NCBI GenBank assembly: GCA_964467575.1
Contig: CAYXRG010000001.1
Coordinates: 42,652-106,651 of the forward strand
Direction: 5' to 3'
Origin: an uncultured Caldilineaceae bacterium
Lineage (GTDB): Bacteria; Chloroflexota; Anaerolineae; Caldilineales; Caldilineaceae
DNA: 64,000 nt
Shown one piece after another: positions 36,164-45,517 of the stretch (its first letter is position 1; each line of letters starts with the position of its first letter). The position numbers and the translations under genes were made by a program. Below the pieces are notes generated by a model, which saw nothing but the letters and a program-made list of their open reading frames with translations, did not search any database and was not told the origin of the DNA.

Positions 36164-37821
36164 CGGTACCGTTCTATCCCGTATTGTCGCAGCCGCTCCC
36201 AACTCCACTTTTGAGAGTCCCCGTCCGCCGACCGTACGGCCACAGCGCGGTCATTGCAGGAGAAGCACGGATCGACTCCTGCCAGGATCATGGGCATATC
36301 AGCGAACTGGTGGCCCACAGCCGATACGATCACCGTACCAAGATTCAGGATGGTGGGCGTGCGAATCTTAATGCGCTCCGGCGTCTCGCCGCCTGCGCTG
36401 CGGATATAGTAGAACAGCTCGCCACGCGGCGCCTCGACCCGGCTGATCGTCTCACCAGCCTTCACCCGGCGCGGCATTCGCGTCGTCAACTCGCCTTCCG
36501 GCAGATTTTCCAACATCTCGCGAATCATCACGATCGTCGCCCGAATCTCTTCAAGCCGAATGATGAAGCGCGTCTCCAGGTCTCCTGCTGTCGCAACGAC
36601 CGGCTCGATGGGGAAATCGAGATACGCGCCATAAGGAGCGTCGACCCGGATATCGCGCAGCACGCCTGATGCGCGTGCCGTCGGGCCGAGCGCGCCCAAC
36701 TCCTCCGCCTGTTCCTTTGTCATCACGCCGATCCCGCGCGTCCTCTGCAGGAACATCGTGTCTTTGGTCGATACGTTGAGATAGTGGCGCACGCGCTCGT
36801 CAAGAAATTCGATCCCCTTATAAACCTTCTCGGTCAATTCAGGGGTGATGTCGTACTTGACGCCGCCCAGCACATTGATCGAATAATTGACGCGATTGCC
36901 GCTGATCTCCTCAAGCAAGTCCATCACGGTCTCGCGGTCGCGCCAGGAGTACATAAACAGCGTATCGAAGCCGGCCTCATGCGCGGCCACGCCAAACCAA
37001 AGCAGATGGCTGTGGATACGCTCCAGGCCGGCCACGATCTCACGAATCACGCGCGCCCGCGCCGGAACTTCCACCCCGGCCAAATGCTCCACGCCCAGAC
37101 AGTATGCCTGTGCGTGAATGTGGGAACAGATCCCGCACACCCGCTCTAACAAATAGAGGTTCTGCGTCCAGTTCATGTTCTGGGTCGCCCGTTCTATGCC
37201 GCGATGAGCATAGCCCAGACGCACCGACGCGCCGGTGACGATCTCGCCGTCGAGCGTGAACTCGAAGTGCGCCGGCTCCTTGAGTGCAGGGTGCTGCGGG
37301 CCAATCGGGACTACGAACGTTTCGCCTTCAGCCTCCGCCGGCTTTGTTACGCGAGGCTCACGCTTGACCAGTTCGGCCGCGTCAAAATCGCGGCGCAAGG
37401 GGTAGATTTCCTCAGGCCAGTCGTCAGGCAGATAGAGCAGACTTCGGTCGGGCGTGTTCACCACGTCGATGCCGAACATTTCGATCAGTTCGCGCTCTTG
37501 AATGCTGGCCGAAGGGATGATAGCGCACACGCTCGGCGTTGCCGGATGTTCGCGCGATAGGGCCACGCGCAACGTAACCACTGTCGGCCCTGAACAGAAG
37601 TGGTACAACGCCTCCATCTCGCCATCCTCGCCGGACGGGTCGATGCCTGAGATCGTCGATAGATACCCCCAACGCGCATCGTGCAACGCACGCACCGCGT
37701 CCAACAATTCATCCGGCCGGATCGACACGTAGATGCGATTCTGTTCTGGCGCCTGCATTCGCTCACGCCACGGCTGCAGAAGCGTTTCAGCCTGCTGCTG
37801 GGTCTCCATTGTGGTTTCCAT
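36160..37821 (-). CDS. [NiFe]-hydrogenase large subunit, NuoC-NuoD-type fusion (HycE-like, group 4)
   Basis: N-terminal NuoC-like domain followed by PIGPQHPALKEP. The L1 motif is ERVCGICSHIH and the L2 motif is DPCFSCNDR, followed by a 28-aa C-terminal extension. The ATG at 37821 is preceded by AAGGAAG. Confidence 0.85.
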   Translation of the reverse strand: METTMETQQQAETLLQPWRERMQAPEQNRIYVSIRPDELLDAVRALHDARWGYLSTISGIDPSGEDGEMEALYHFCSGPTVVTLRVALSREHPATPSVCAIIPSASIQERELIEMFGIDVVNTPDRSLLYLPDDWPEEIYPLRRDFDAAELVKREPRVTKPAEAEGETFVVPIGPQHPALKEPAHFEFTLDGEIVTGASVRLGYAHRGIERATQNMNWTQNLYLLERVCGICSHIHAQAYCLGVEHLAGVEVPARARVIREIVAGLERIHSHLLWFGVAAHEAGFDTLFMYSWRDRETVMDLLEEISGNRVNYSINVLGGVKYDITPELTEKVYKGIEFLDERVRHYLNVSTKDTMFLQRTRGIGVMTKEQAEELGALGPTARASGVLRDIRVDAPYGAYLDFPIEPVVATAGDLETRFIIRLEEIRATIVMIREMLENLPEGELTTRMPRRVKAGETISRVEAPRGELFYYIRSAGGETPERIKIRTPTILNLGTVIVSAVGHQFADMPMILAGVDPCFSCNDRAVAVRSADGDSQKWSWERLRQYGIERYR

Positions 37822-38332
37822 GTGCGTCTTCCTTTTCTGAAACGAATTCTGAGCCTGCCTCTGCAGGAATGCGGCTTGGGTCGACTTTTTGCAGCAGTTT
37901 GATGACGCCGTCGATGATCGCCTCTGGGCGCGGCGGACAGCCGGGAACGAACACATCGACCGGAATCACCTTCTCGATCCCGCCAAGGCAGTTGTAGCTA
38001 TCGTGGAAGACTCCGCCGGACAGCGCACACGATCCGACCGCGATTACGAACTTGGGTTCCGGCATCTGCTCGTAAATGCGCTGCAAGCGCTCGCGAGATT
38101 GCCGTGTTACCGGCCCGGTGCAGATCAGCACGTCGGCGTGACGCGGGCTGCCGTGCAACGTTACGCCCAGCCGTTCCACGTCGTAACGCGGCGTCAATGC
38201 AGCAAGTATTTCGATGTCACAACCGTTGCACGAGCCGCTGTTGTAGTGGATGGCCCAAGGCGAGTTCTTCCGCGCCCATGTCGCCACCTCATCGAGGATC
38301 CTCTGCCAGGGCTTATCTAGTTCAACGCTCAT
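37787..38332 (-). CDS. hydrogenase small subunit (NuoB/HycG-like, one [4Fe-4S])
   Basis: GSCNGCDIE, VGSCALSGG and GCPPRPEA motifs. Confidence 0.85.
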   Translation of the reverse strand: MSVELDKPWQRILDEVATWARKNSPWAIHYNSGSCNGCDIEILAALTPRYDVERLGVTLHGSPRHADVLICTGPVTRQSRERLQRIYEQMPEPKFVIAVGSCALSGGVFHDSYNCLGGIEKVIPVDVFVPGCPPRPEAIIDGVIKLLQKVDPSRIPAEAGSEFVSEKEDAHGNHNGDPAAG

Positions 38333-38344
38333 TCTGCACTTTCC

Positions 38345-38659
38345 TTATCCCAAGATCAACGCCCACAGGGCGACGATCAGCCCCGCGAGAAACGCAATAC
38401 TCGTCGGCGTCGGCGCGCTCGTCCCCAACACCAAGACGCCCAGATGCAGCACCGCAAAGAATAGCGCAATCACAAAAAACGGGCGATATCCCGGTGCGCC
38501 GAAACTCACCGGCGCCGCCTCCCCGCTTGAATAAGTGCTGGACTTCTCTTCCGATTGCTTGCCGCGGAACGCCGCGTACCCCCCGAGCCCGCTCAACAGA
38601 GTCACCAATCCGATATTGATGAGAAAGGCTACCGGCGGGCTTAGAATAATTGTGTCCAT
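38345..38659 (-). CDS. small three-TM membrane protein, NuoA-like
   Basis: YSSGEAAPVSFGAPGYRPFFVIALFFAVLHLGV parallels the NuoA pattern YE(S/C)G...F...FY..A..F..FDVE, but the DVE segment reads HLG here. Length is 104 aa. Confidence 0.5.
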   Translation of the reverse strand: MDTIILSPPVAFLINIGLVTLLSGLGGYAAFRGKQSEEKSSTYSSGEAAPVSFGAPGYRPFFVIALFFAVLHLGVLVLGTSAPTPTSIAFLAGLIVALWALILG

Positions 38660-38691
38660 TTACTCTAGTCCTTGTGGATGATTCACGCGCC

Positions 38692-40209
38692 TTAGCTGCC
38701 GAACATCGCGCTCAGCGCACCGCCTGCTGGGACGATTAGCCAGTAGACCAGGCGCGGCCATACCCCGACCGCAATTACGGCCAACGTCAACACAGCCATC
38801 GGTATACGCATGGAGATAGGCAGCCTCACGCCCTCCATGACTGCTGTTGACGGCTGCCGGCGATAGACTGCGTTGACTATCGGCGCGTAATACGCCAACG
38901 ACAGGACGCTGTTCAGCGCAGCAAAGACCACCAGAAGGCCGATAACCGTGTTGTGCGCCTCGAACCCAGCCACGAAAATCTGCCATTTGGACATAAAGCC
39001 TGCCAACGGCGGCAAACCGGCCAACCCCAGCACGGCGATGCTCAGAGCCAACGCTTCAAACGGGTAACGCCGTGCCGCGCCGTTCAAATCTCCAAGGGTC
39101 AGGCCGTGATCCTGGCTGGTATCGTGGCTGGCTCCGCTGGTCGCGTAGATAAACGCGCCGGCGGCAAGGAATGCCAGCCCCTTCATCATGCCGTGCGTGA
39201 GCAAATGAAACAGCCCGCCCTGAGCGCCGTTCGCCTGTCCGATGTAGACGGCAACGCCTATGCCGAGCAACATGTATCCCATATGACTCAGACTTGAGTA
39301 AGCCAGAAGTCGCTTCACTTGCGTCTGCCGCAGCGCCATCAGGTTGCCCAAGAGCATATTCACCGCAGCGAAGGCCATCAGCAGCGCGCCCCATGACGGC
39401 ATGACATCGCCTGAAAGCGCGCCAAGCACGCGCAGGAGCGCGATCAAGCCCGCCTCGATCACCACGCCGGATAGTAGTGCGCTGATCCCGCTTGGCGCCT
39501 GCGCGTGGGCGTCCGGCAGCCAGGTATGCATCGGAACCAGCGCGATCTTCACGCCAAAGCCGATAGTGAACAGCGCCCCTGCCCCCAAAAGGACCGGCGT
39601 TGTCATATTGGCAGCAGCCAGCGCTCCGAAGCCGATTTCACCTGTATGTGCAAAGACGAGCGCAATGCCGATCAAAACCGTCACCGACCCGACCGCGCTC
39701 TGCACTAGGTACTTGACGCCCGCCTCTAGCGCCGTCGGGCGGTCACGATAGAACACGACCAGCAAATATGACGAAACCGCCATGCCCTCGAACCATACCC
39801 ACAGGTTAAACAGGTCATTGGCGCAACCAAGCCCGATGATCATCCCCGTCATCGCCACAACGGACGAATAGTACTTCTCGTCGCCAAGTTTGCCGGACAT
39901 GTGGGCCTTGGAATAGAGGATGACCAAGGTCCCCAGCGCCAACGCTGCCGCCGCCAACAAGAGGCTCAACCCGTCTACGATAAGCGCTACATCGCCATAG
40001 ACGAGCACAATCGGGCCGGTCGCAGCGAACTGGCGCACGGTCAGGACGTAAGGAATCCACAACACTGCCATCACCAGCAGCGCTGCCGAGTTGACTGCAG
40101 TTGTCAACCCTTCCGGGCGGTTTTTTTCGACGGCGCGACCGAACAGATAGATCGCCGGCGCCATGACCAATGGCAGGAAGATCATCAGTACTGCTGCGTT
40201 CACGCTCAT
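38692..40209 (-). CDS. antiporter-like subunit (NuoN/NuoM/MrpD family proton-conducting membrane transporter)
   Basis: 505 aa with about 14 TM segments. Motifs include WLPDAHAQAPSG and LAYSSLSHMGYM. Confidence 0.85.
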   Translation of the reverse strand: MSVNAAVLMIFLPLVMAPAIYLFGRAVEKNRPEGLTTAVNSAALLVMAVLWIPYVLTVRQFAATGPIVLVYGDVALIVDGLSLLLAAAALALGTLVILYSKAHMSGKLGDEKYYSSVVAMTGMIIGLGCANDLFNLWVWFEGMAVSSYLLVVFYRDRPTALEAGVKYLVQSAVGSVTVLIGIALVFAHTGEIGFGALAAANMTTPVLLGAGALFTIGFGVKIALVPMHTWLPDAHAQAPSGISALLSGVVIEAGLIALLRVLGALSGDVMPSWGALLMAFAAVNMLLGNLMALRQTQVKRLLAYSSLSHMGYMLLGIGVAVYIGQANGAQGGLFHLLTHGMMKGLAFLAAGAFIYATSGASHDTSQDHGLTLGDLNGAARRYPFEALALSIAVLGLAGLPPLAGFMSKWQIFVAGFEAHNTVIGLLVVFAALNSVLSLAYYAPIVNAVYRRQPSTAVMEGVRLPISMRIPMAVLTLAVIAVGVWPRLVYWLIVPAGGALSAMFGS

Positions 40210-40210
40210 G

Positions 40211-41956
40211 CTAGACGCTCCAGGCCAAGATGATGAGGACTGCGATCAGACCGAAAGCCATCCCGGCGATATTCCAGTTGAGTTGGCCAGTCTGCGTCCG
40301 TTGCAGAATCGCCCCGGCCTTCTGCGTCGCCGCTCCTGTCAATCGGTTAATCGTCTCCAGCCCGAAGCCGCTCTCCGACGCGGCCGCCAGCCAACCGGGA
40401 CTCCTTGCCGCCCAGGGCAGACGGCCGCGCCACTGCCATACAGCCATCCCGACTAGAGCCGCGCCCAGCGCCAGATAGGTAGCCGGCGCTCCGAGGACCT
40501 CCGCCGCCAGGTGGCCTACGGTCAGTTCATGCAATCCGTGCGCAGGCAGGGTTGCGGCCAACATCCGGCTGAAGCTTCCCGCAAATAGCCATGTCGCAAA
40601 CGTTCCCGCAGCCAGAATTGCGAGCGAGATCTTCATCGCACGCCCGGCGTCGTGGGCCTGTCGTCCGCCATCCTGGCTGAAGAAGACCATAGACACGCCG
40701 CGCAGCGTATACAGGGCGGTCAACGCCACTCCGACCAGCATGATTGCATACGCCCATGCCGGCCCGTGCAGCAAGCCCTCTTCCAGGATCAGTTCCTTGC
40801 TCCAGAAGCCATTCAACGGCGGAAGCCCAATCAGGGCGATCGCTCCGATAATGAACACGTTGCGCACAAAAGGCATTCGACGGCCTACGCCGCCCATTTC
40901 CCGCATGTCGCGAGTTCCCAACGCATGGATGATCGAGCCTGCGGCGAGGAACAACAACGCCTTAAACACGGCATGGCTCAATAGGTGGAACTGGCTGGCA
41001 AAGACACCGCCCACACCTACCGCATAGACCATATAGCCGAGTTGGCTGACGGTGGAATAAGCGAGCAGGCGCTTTAGGTCGGTCGCCACGATCGCCATGA
41101 GCGCCGCAATCAGAGCGGAAATCAGACCAACTAGCGCCACCGCTGTACGCCAGCCCGGTACGTCTGCAAAAGCCGGGTAGAGCCGCGCCAATAGGTAAAT
41201 ACCGGCGTTCACCATCGTGGCGGCATGAATCAACGCGCTTACCGGCGTCGGCGCTTCCATCGCGTCCGGCAGCCATGTGTGGAACGGGAATTGGGCGGAC
41301 TTAGCCGCGGCGGCGATCAACGCACCGTAGGCCATCAGGCCCAACACGGCTGTCGGAATGCCTGGCGCCGCCGCCAGGAACGTCGAAATTTCGAAGCTCC
41401 CTGTCTGAGCATAGGCCATCAACGCCAACGCCAGCAGCCCGACCCCGCCCAACTGGGTGATAATAAGCGCCTTGATGCCCCCGGCCACTGCTTTAGGATC
41501 ATCGTTATAAAACGAAATGAGCGCATACGAGCAGAGTGCGGTGATCTCCCAAAACAGAAACAGGAAGAATAGGTTGCCGGTCAGCGCCAAAGCCGCCATC
41601 GCGCCGATGAAGTACAGAACGAACGAATAATAGCGGCCTAACTGCGCCTCGCCCGCCATGTAGTCGACTGAAAAGATGACGGCGAGGCTGCCGACTACAG
41701 TCGCCACCGCGGCCAGAAAAACAGCCAGTCCGTCAGGCACAAAAGTCAGGTCGCCGAACATCGGCCCGAACGAGACGCTGACAGCCTCCGCACCGCTGGC
41801 CTGAGGCAGCAACGCTAACGCTGCAACCGCCGCCGCCGCGGAAAATCCTACGGCAACGGCATGTTGAGCTTTTTCGCGGCCATCGCCAATTACCGCGACA
41901 ATCAGCCCGCCCAAGACCGGCAGCCCGATTGCCAGCCAAATCAATAAAGCAAGCAT
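40211..41956 (-). CDS. antiporter-like subunit, NuoL/MrpA-type with C-terminal lateral-helix region
   Basis: 581 aa. Motifs include FPFHTWLPDAMEAPTPVSALIHAATMV and LAYSTVSQLGYM. The C-terminal amphipathic stretch (GFGLETINRLTGAATQKAGAILQ) is followed by a final TM helix. Confidence 0.85.
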   Translation of the reverse strand: MLALLIWLAIGLPVLGGLIVAVIGDGREKAQHAVAVGFSAAAAVAALALLPQASGAEAVSVSFGPMFGDLTFVPDGLAVFLAAVATVVGSLAVIFSVDYMAGEAQLGRYYSFVLYFIGAMAALALTGNLFFLFLFWEITALCSYALISFYNDDPKAVAGGIKALIITQLGGVGLLALALMAYAQTGSFEISTFLAAAPGIPTAVLGLMAYGALIAAAAKSAQFPFHTWLPDAMEAPTPVSALIHAATMVNAGIYLLARLYPAFADVPGWRTAVALVGLISALIAALMAIVATDLKRLLAYSTVSQLGYMVYAVGVGGVFASQFHLLSHAVFKALLFLAAGSIIHALGTRDMREMGGVGRRMPFVRNVFIIGAIALIGLPPLNGFWSKELILEEGLLHGPAWAYAIMLVGVALTALYTLRGVSMVFFSQDGGRQAHDAGRAMKISLAILAAGTFATWLFAGSFSRMLAATLPAHGLHELTVGHLAAEVLGAPATYLALGAALVGMAVWQWRGRLPWAARSPGWLAAASESGFGLETINRLTGAATQKAGAILQRTQTGQLNWNIAGMAFGLIAVLIILAWSV

Positions 41957-41962
41957 AAACGA

Positions 41963-42286
41963 TTATCTCCGCAGAGTGGACAGCTCATTGAGATCAAGCG
42001 TGCCCCACGTCTTTTGCACTTGTACGGCCAGCGCAAGCGCAATGACGGCGACAACGGTATCCACAACGATCACCGTGACCGCCAAGCTTTGGCCGAGCCC
42101 CGGCTTGCCGGTGACATTGCCGGCAAGCGCCATGCCCAGGATTGCGGCCTTTGCCATCAGTTGCAGCAGAATAACAATCTTGATCAAGTTCCGAGTCACC
42201 ATCAGCCCAACAAGGCCAATGCCGAACAGCAGGACGATCCCTGCAAACACAATCTGTATAGACTGGACGGACAATGCTGGCATCAT
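41963..42286 (-). CDS. NuoK/MnhC-like small membrane subunit
   Basis: 107 aa with three TM segments. The pattern NLIKIVILLQLM...LAVTVIVVDTVVAV is typical. Confidence 0.75.
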   Translation of the reverse strand: MMPALSVQSIQIVFAGIVLLFGIGLVGLMVTRNLIKIVILLQLMAKAAILGMALAGNVTGKPGLGQSLAVTVIVVDTVVAVIALALAVQVQKTWGTLDLNELSTLRR

Positions 42287-42804
42287 GCGGCAACCTCATC
42301 ATCTGGCGTCGCGATTCGTTCCAACGTCGCGGCCTCTTTTCCGGCCGGCGCGTCTACGACAAGATTCAAAATGCCCAAGACGCCGGCAAGAATCAGCGCG
42401 ATCTGTACCCACATATCGACCGCCCGCGACTCCCATAGTACTGTCTGAAGCGTGACTGTCTCAGCATCCGCTGGCGCAGGCGCCGCCGGCCACAGGAGCC
42501 ACCCGATCCAACCAACGGCGACAATGCTTACAATCCACGCCAACGGTCGCGGTATAAGGGAAGGTAAATCGCGCGTTAGTTCCCCGGCAAGGCCAATCGC
42601 AAAAACAAAGATCACCGTAACCAGACCGGCGCCTACGCTCAGTTCGATGGCCGAGACCAGAGGAGCGTTCATCGCATAGAGGATGACGGCGACGAGTACG
42701 CTAACGCCCGCCAGCCACAACACGGCCACGATCAGCCGCTGCGCCCTCACCGCCTGTATGCCGCAGAGAACCATGCCTGCTACCAGCGCTAGATACAGCC
42801 ACAT
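42283..42804 (-). CDS. NuoJ-like membrane subunit
   Basis: 173 aa. The segment APLVSAIELSVGAGLVTVIFVFAI follows the NuoJ pattern. There is an ATGA overlap with the next gene. Confidence 0.7.
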   Translation of the reverse strand: MWLYLALVAGMVLCGIQAVRAQRLIVAVLWLAGVSVLVAVILYAMNAPLVSAIELSVGAGLVTVIFVFAIGLAGELTRDLPSLIPRPLAWIVSIVAVGWIGWLLWPAAPAPADAETVTLQTVLWESRAVDMWVQIALILAGVLGILNLVVDAPAGKEAATLERIATPDDEVAA

Positions 42805-43112
42805 CGTTACCTCTCCTCGATGAAGTCGCCCTTGCTCCGGCGTAATCCCGGGACGTCGCTTATCTGCGCGATAGCATCGATCGCGCCGCTATACCCCGCC
42901 GTCCATAGTACCTTGCGCCTGCGCATCGGTCATTGTGGCCGCGCAAAGTCGCCAACATTGTCCGCTCCCGGTCTATGTCCCGCTACGCCGCTGTCACCGG
43001 CTTGTCGCTACGCAGGCGGCAACGGTGCGCGACGACTGTCCGCGACATCGATACAGGTTTTTTTGCGTATAGATGACGCCTGATGGCGACTGAATCGAGG
43101 CGGACGCAGCGC

Positions 43113-44234
43113 CTAGGCCGCATGCGCGGCCAGCAGCTTAATACAGACTGGGGTCGGCGTTTGTACGCTTATGCCGGCAGGGCGAACAGCGCCGCTCTTG
43201 GCATCGATGGTGAACACTACGATGCTGTCGCTGTTTTGGTTTGCCGCCAATAGATAACGACCGGTCGGGTCCACCGCGAAGCCGCGTGGATGGCTTCCCT
43301 GAGTGGCGACGTGCTCACGCAACGAAAGATGACCGCTCTTCTCATCGACGGCAAAGACGGCGATGCTGTCATGGCCGCGGTTCGACCCATACACAAACCG
43401 GCCCGACGGATGAACGTGGATGTCGGCACATGTGCTCTTGCCCTGAAAGACGGCGGGCAGCGTCGACAGCGTCTGAAGTTCGGTCAGCGTCCCCTTCTCT
43501 TCATCGTTGCGGTACGCGGTCACACTGGAATCCAACTCGTTGATCACGTATACATAATCGCCGCGCGGATGGAAAGCAAGATGACGAGGCCCAGCTCCCG
43601 ATTTTGTCCTGGCCCACGGCTGTTCATTGTTTGGCAAGAGTCTGCCATTCTCCCCGTCATACCGGTAGATCATCACCTTATCGATCCCAAGATCGGGAAC
43701 GTACACATAACGATTCTCCGCATCGAGATTGATCGAATGCGGATGGGGCGCATCCTGCCGCGGAGTGTGAACGCTTGAGCCGTGATGCTGCACCAAGTCG
43801 CTCACGTTCCCCAGCGACCCGTCTGGCCGTATGGGCAACACGGCAATGCTGCCGCTCCCGTAGTTCGACACCAGTACATTCCGTCCCGCCTTGTCCACCG
43901 TGATGTAGCACGGCGACCCGCCCTGCGTGGACTGCTGGTTGAGCGGCTCAAAAACGCCGGCGGCAGGATCAATCCGGTATGCCGACACGGCTCCCGCGAC
44001 CTTGCCCTGATAGTCGCTGATTTCATTAACGGCGTACAGGAGTTTGCCCTGAGGATGAAGCGTCAAATAGGACGGATTGTCCAGGCCTGGAATGTCAGCT
44101 ACGGGGTTAAGCGCTCCTGAAGCTCGGTCGAAACGCAGTACGTGAATACCCCGGCTCTTGCCCTCAACATGCGGCTCGCGGCGTGTATAGGCGCCTGTAA
44201 AAACCCAATAAAAGTCCGGATCACGGTCAGTCAT
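43113..44234 (-). CDS. 7-bladed beta-propeller lactonase (6-phosphogluconolactonase YbhE/Pgl-like)
   Basis: Repeated blade pattern: NPSYLTLHP, PCYITVD, PHSINLD, PRHLAFHP and PRGFAVDP. Length is 373 aa. Confidence 0.8.
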   Translation of the reverse strand: MTDRDPDFYWVFTGAYTRREPHVEGKSRGIHVLRFDRASGALNPVADIPGLDNPSYLTLHPQGKLLYAVNEISDYQGKVAGAVSAYRIDPAAGVFEPLNQQSTQGGSPCYITVDKAGRNVLVSNYGSGSIAVLPIRPDGSLGNVSDLVQHHGSSVHTPRQDAPHPHSINLDAENRYVYVPDLGIDKVMIYRYDGENGRLLPNNEQPWARTKSGAGPRHLAFHPRGDYVYVINELDSSVTAYRNDEEKGTLTELQTLSTLPAVFQGKSTCADIHVHPSGRFVYGSNRGHDSIAVFAVDEKSGHLSLREHVATQGSHPRGFAVDPTGRYLLAANQNSDSIVVFTIDAKSGAVRPAGISVQTPTPVCIKLLAAHAA

Positions 44235-44440
44235 AATCGAGCGCGCTCCTTCTTTGGCGTGACGAACGCCAATGCGCCTAGAGTTTGTTACACGAGCGGG
44301 CTTTCCGGCTGTGCGCTATAGCCGGTCAGGTCAACGCGGTTTGTGTCGCCCCTGCTCCAACAGAAGCGTATTAGCTGCGGCGGCGCGAGCTATGGCGCCG
44401 CCGTTCTCTGATGTCACATGCCGGGCCGTTCACCGCCTCA

Positions 44441-45505
44441 TTAATAGATCCGGCCGTACTCCCACCCTGCTTCGTACATCGCAACCACGTTCTCCGGAGG
44501 GCTGACAGCCTGAATGTTATGGCAAGGCGCCAGCACGTACCCCCCGCCCTGCCCCATGATCTCGATATTCTCGCGCACCTCTGCCCGCACCTCGTCGACC
44601 GTGCCGAACGGCAGCGTATATTGATTGTCCACGCCCCCGTGCAAGACAACCTTGTCGCCGAAGTCCTTCTTCAGCCCGGACCGATCCATGCCAGGAGAAC
44701 GCCACTGTATCGGGTTCAGTATGTCGACCCCGATCTCGATCATGTCAGGTATGATCCGCCGGATGGCCCCGTCGCTGTGAAAGAACGCATATGCGCCGGC
44801 CTGGTGCGCCAGGTCGACCATGCGCTTCATGCGCGGCAGGAAGAACTCGCGGATTACCGCAGGAGAGAAAAGCAAGCTCTCCTGCCCGCCGAAATCTTCC
44901 GCCACATACGAAAGATTGACCTGGTCTGGGATCTGCTCGTAGATGCGGAGGGTGTTCTCGTAACAGAAGTCGAACAGCTTATCTAGGCAATAGTGAACAA
45001 TGTCCGGATGCTCAACCAGGTCAATATAGGACTGCTCACGGCCGCGTAGTTCCGCGTAGATCAAAAACGGCTCGGAGCCGCCCCCCCGGATTGGGTAGTT
45101 ACGTTTGCGACCGCGTATCTGGCCCGGAATGTCCGAATAGTCGAACCAGTCAACGCTAGGCCACGTGTAATTGGCCTCGATCTCATCGACCGAATGATAC
45201 CCTTCCAGCGGACCGCTAATGCACTCCAGATACTTGCCGCCACCGTAGTCGACATTCTTGTAACGCCGCCCATACATGTCGGTAAGGCGCGGCAGCTTTG
45301 GCCCTACGTACTCCGGGCCGACTCCTACGACCGCGTCGATCCGGAGCCGTTCGATCATGTCCCAGCGCGTGCGACACCCCAAGTAAGCTCGTACCTTGCG
45401 GGTGGCCTCAGGCGTCCCCCAATAGTCCATTGGCACGCGATCCGGAGTCTGGCCCGCCAATACGGCGAGCCAGCGCTCCTTTGGCGTCATGCTGTCTCCG
45501 GCCAT
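44441..45505 (-). CDS. uroporphyrinogen-decarboxylase-family protein (MtaA/MtbA-like corrinoid methyltransferase)
   Basis: The N-terminus PKERWLAVLAGQTPDRVPMDYWG and the segments HSDGAI and LNPIQ follow the UROD-fold pattern. It sits directly downstream of a corrinoid protein. Confidence 0.7.
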   Translation of the reverse strand: MAGDSMTPKERWLAVLAGQTPDRVPMDYWGTPEATRKVRAYLGCRTRWDMIERLRIDAVVGVGPEYVGPKLPRLTDMYGRRYKNVDYGGGKYLECISGPLEGYHSVDEIEANYTWPSVDWFDYSDIPGQIRGRKRNYPIRGGGSEPFLIYAELRGREQSYIDLVEHPDIVHYCLDKLFDFCYENTLRIYEQIPDQVNLSYVAEDFGGQESLLFSPAVIREFFLPRMKRMVDLAHQAGAYAFFHSDGAIRRIIPDMIEIGVDILNPIQWRSPGMDRSGLKKDFGDKVVLHGGVDNQYTLPFGTVDEVRAEVRENIEIMGQGGGYVLAPCHNIQAVSPPENVVAMYEAGWEYGRIY

Positions 45506-45517
45506 GCCGTACTCGCC

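Noticed and set aside
34316-42804. Interpreting the operon as ordinary NDH-1 (complex I), as an Ehr-type ligand-less complex, or as formate hydrogenlyase (Hyc/Hyf).
   Set aside because: Both Ni-Fe CxxC pairs and a HycI protease are present, which argues against NDH-1 and Ehr. No nuoEFG genes are present. No fdhF, hycA or hycB-type gene is present, and the membrane arm differs from Hyc. FHL therefore cannot be asserted.
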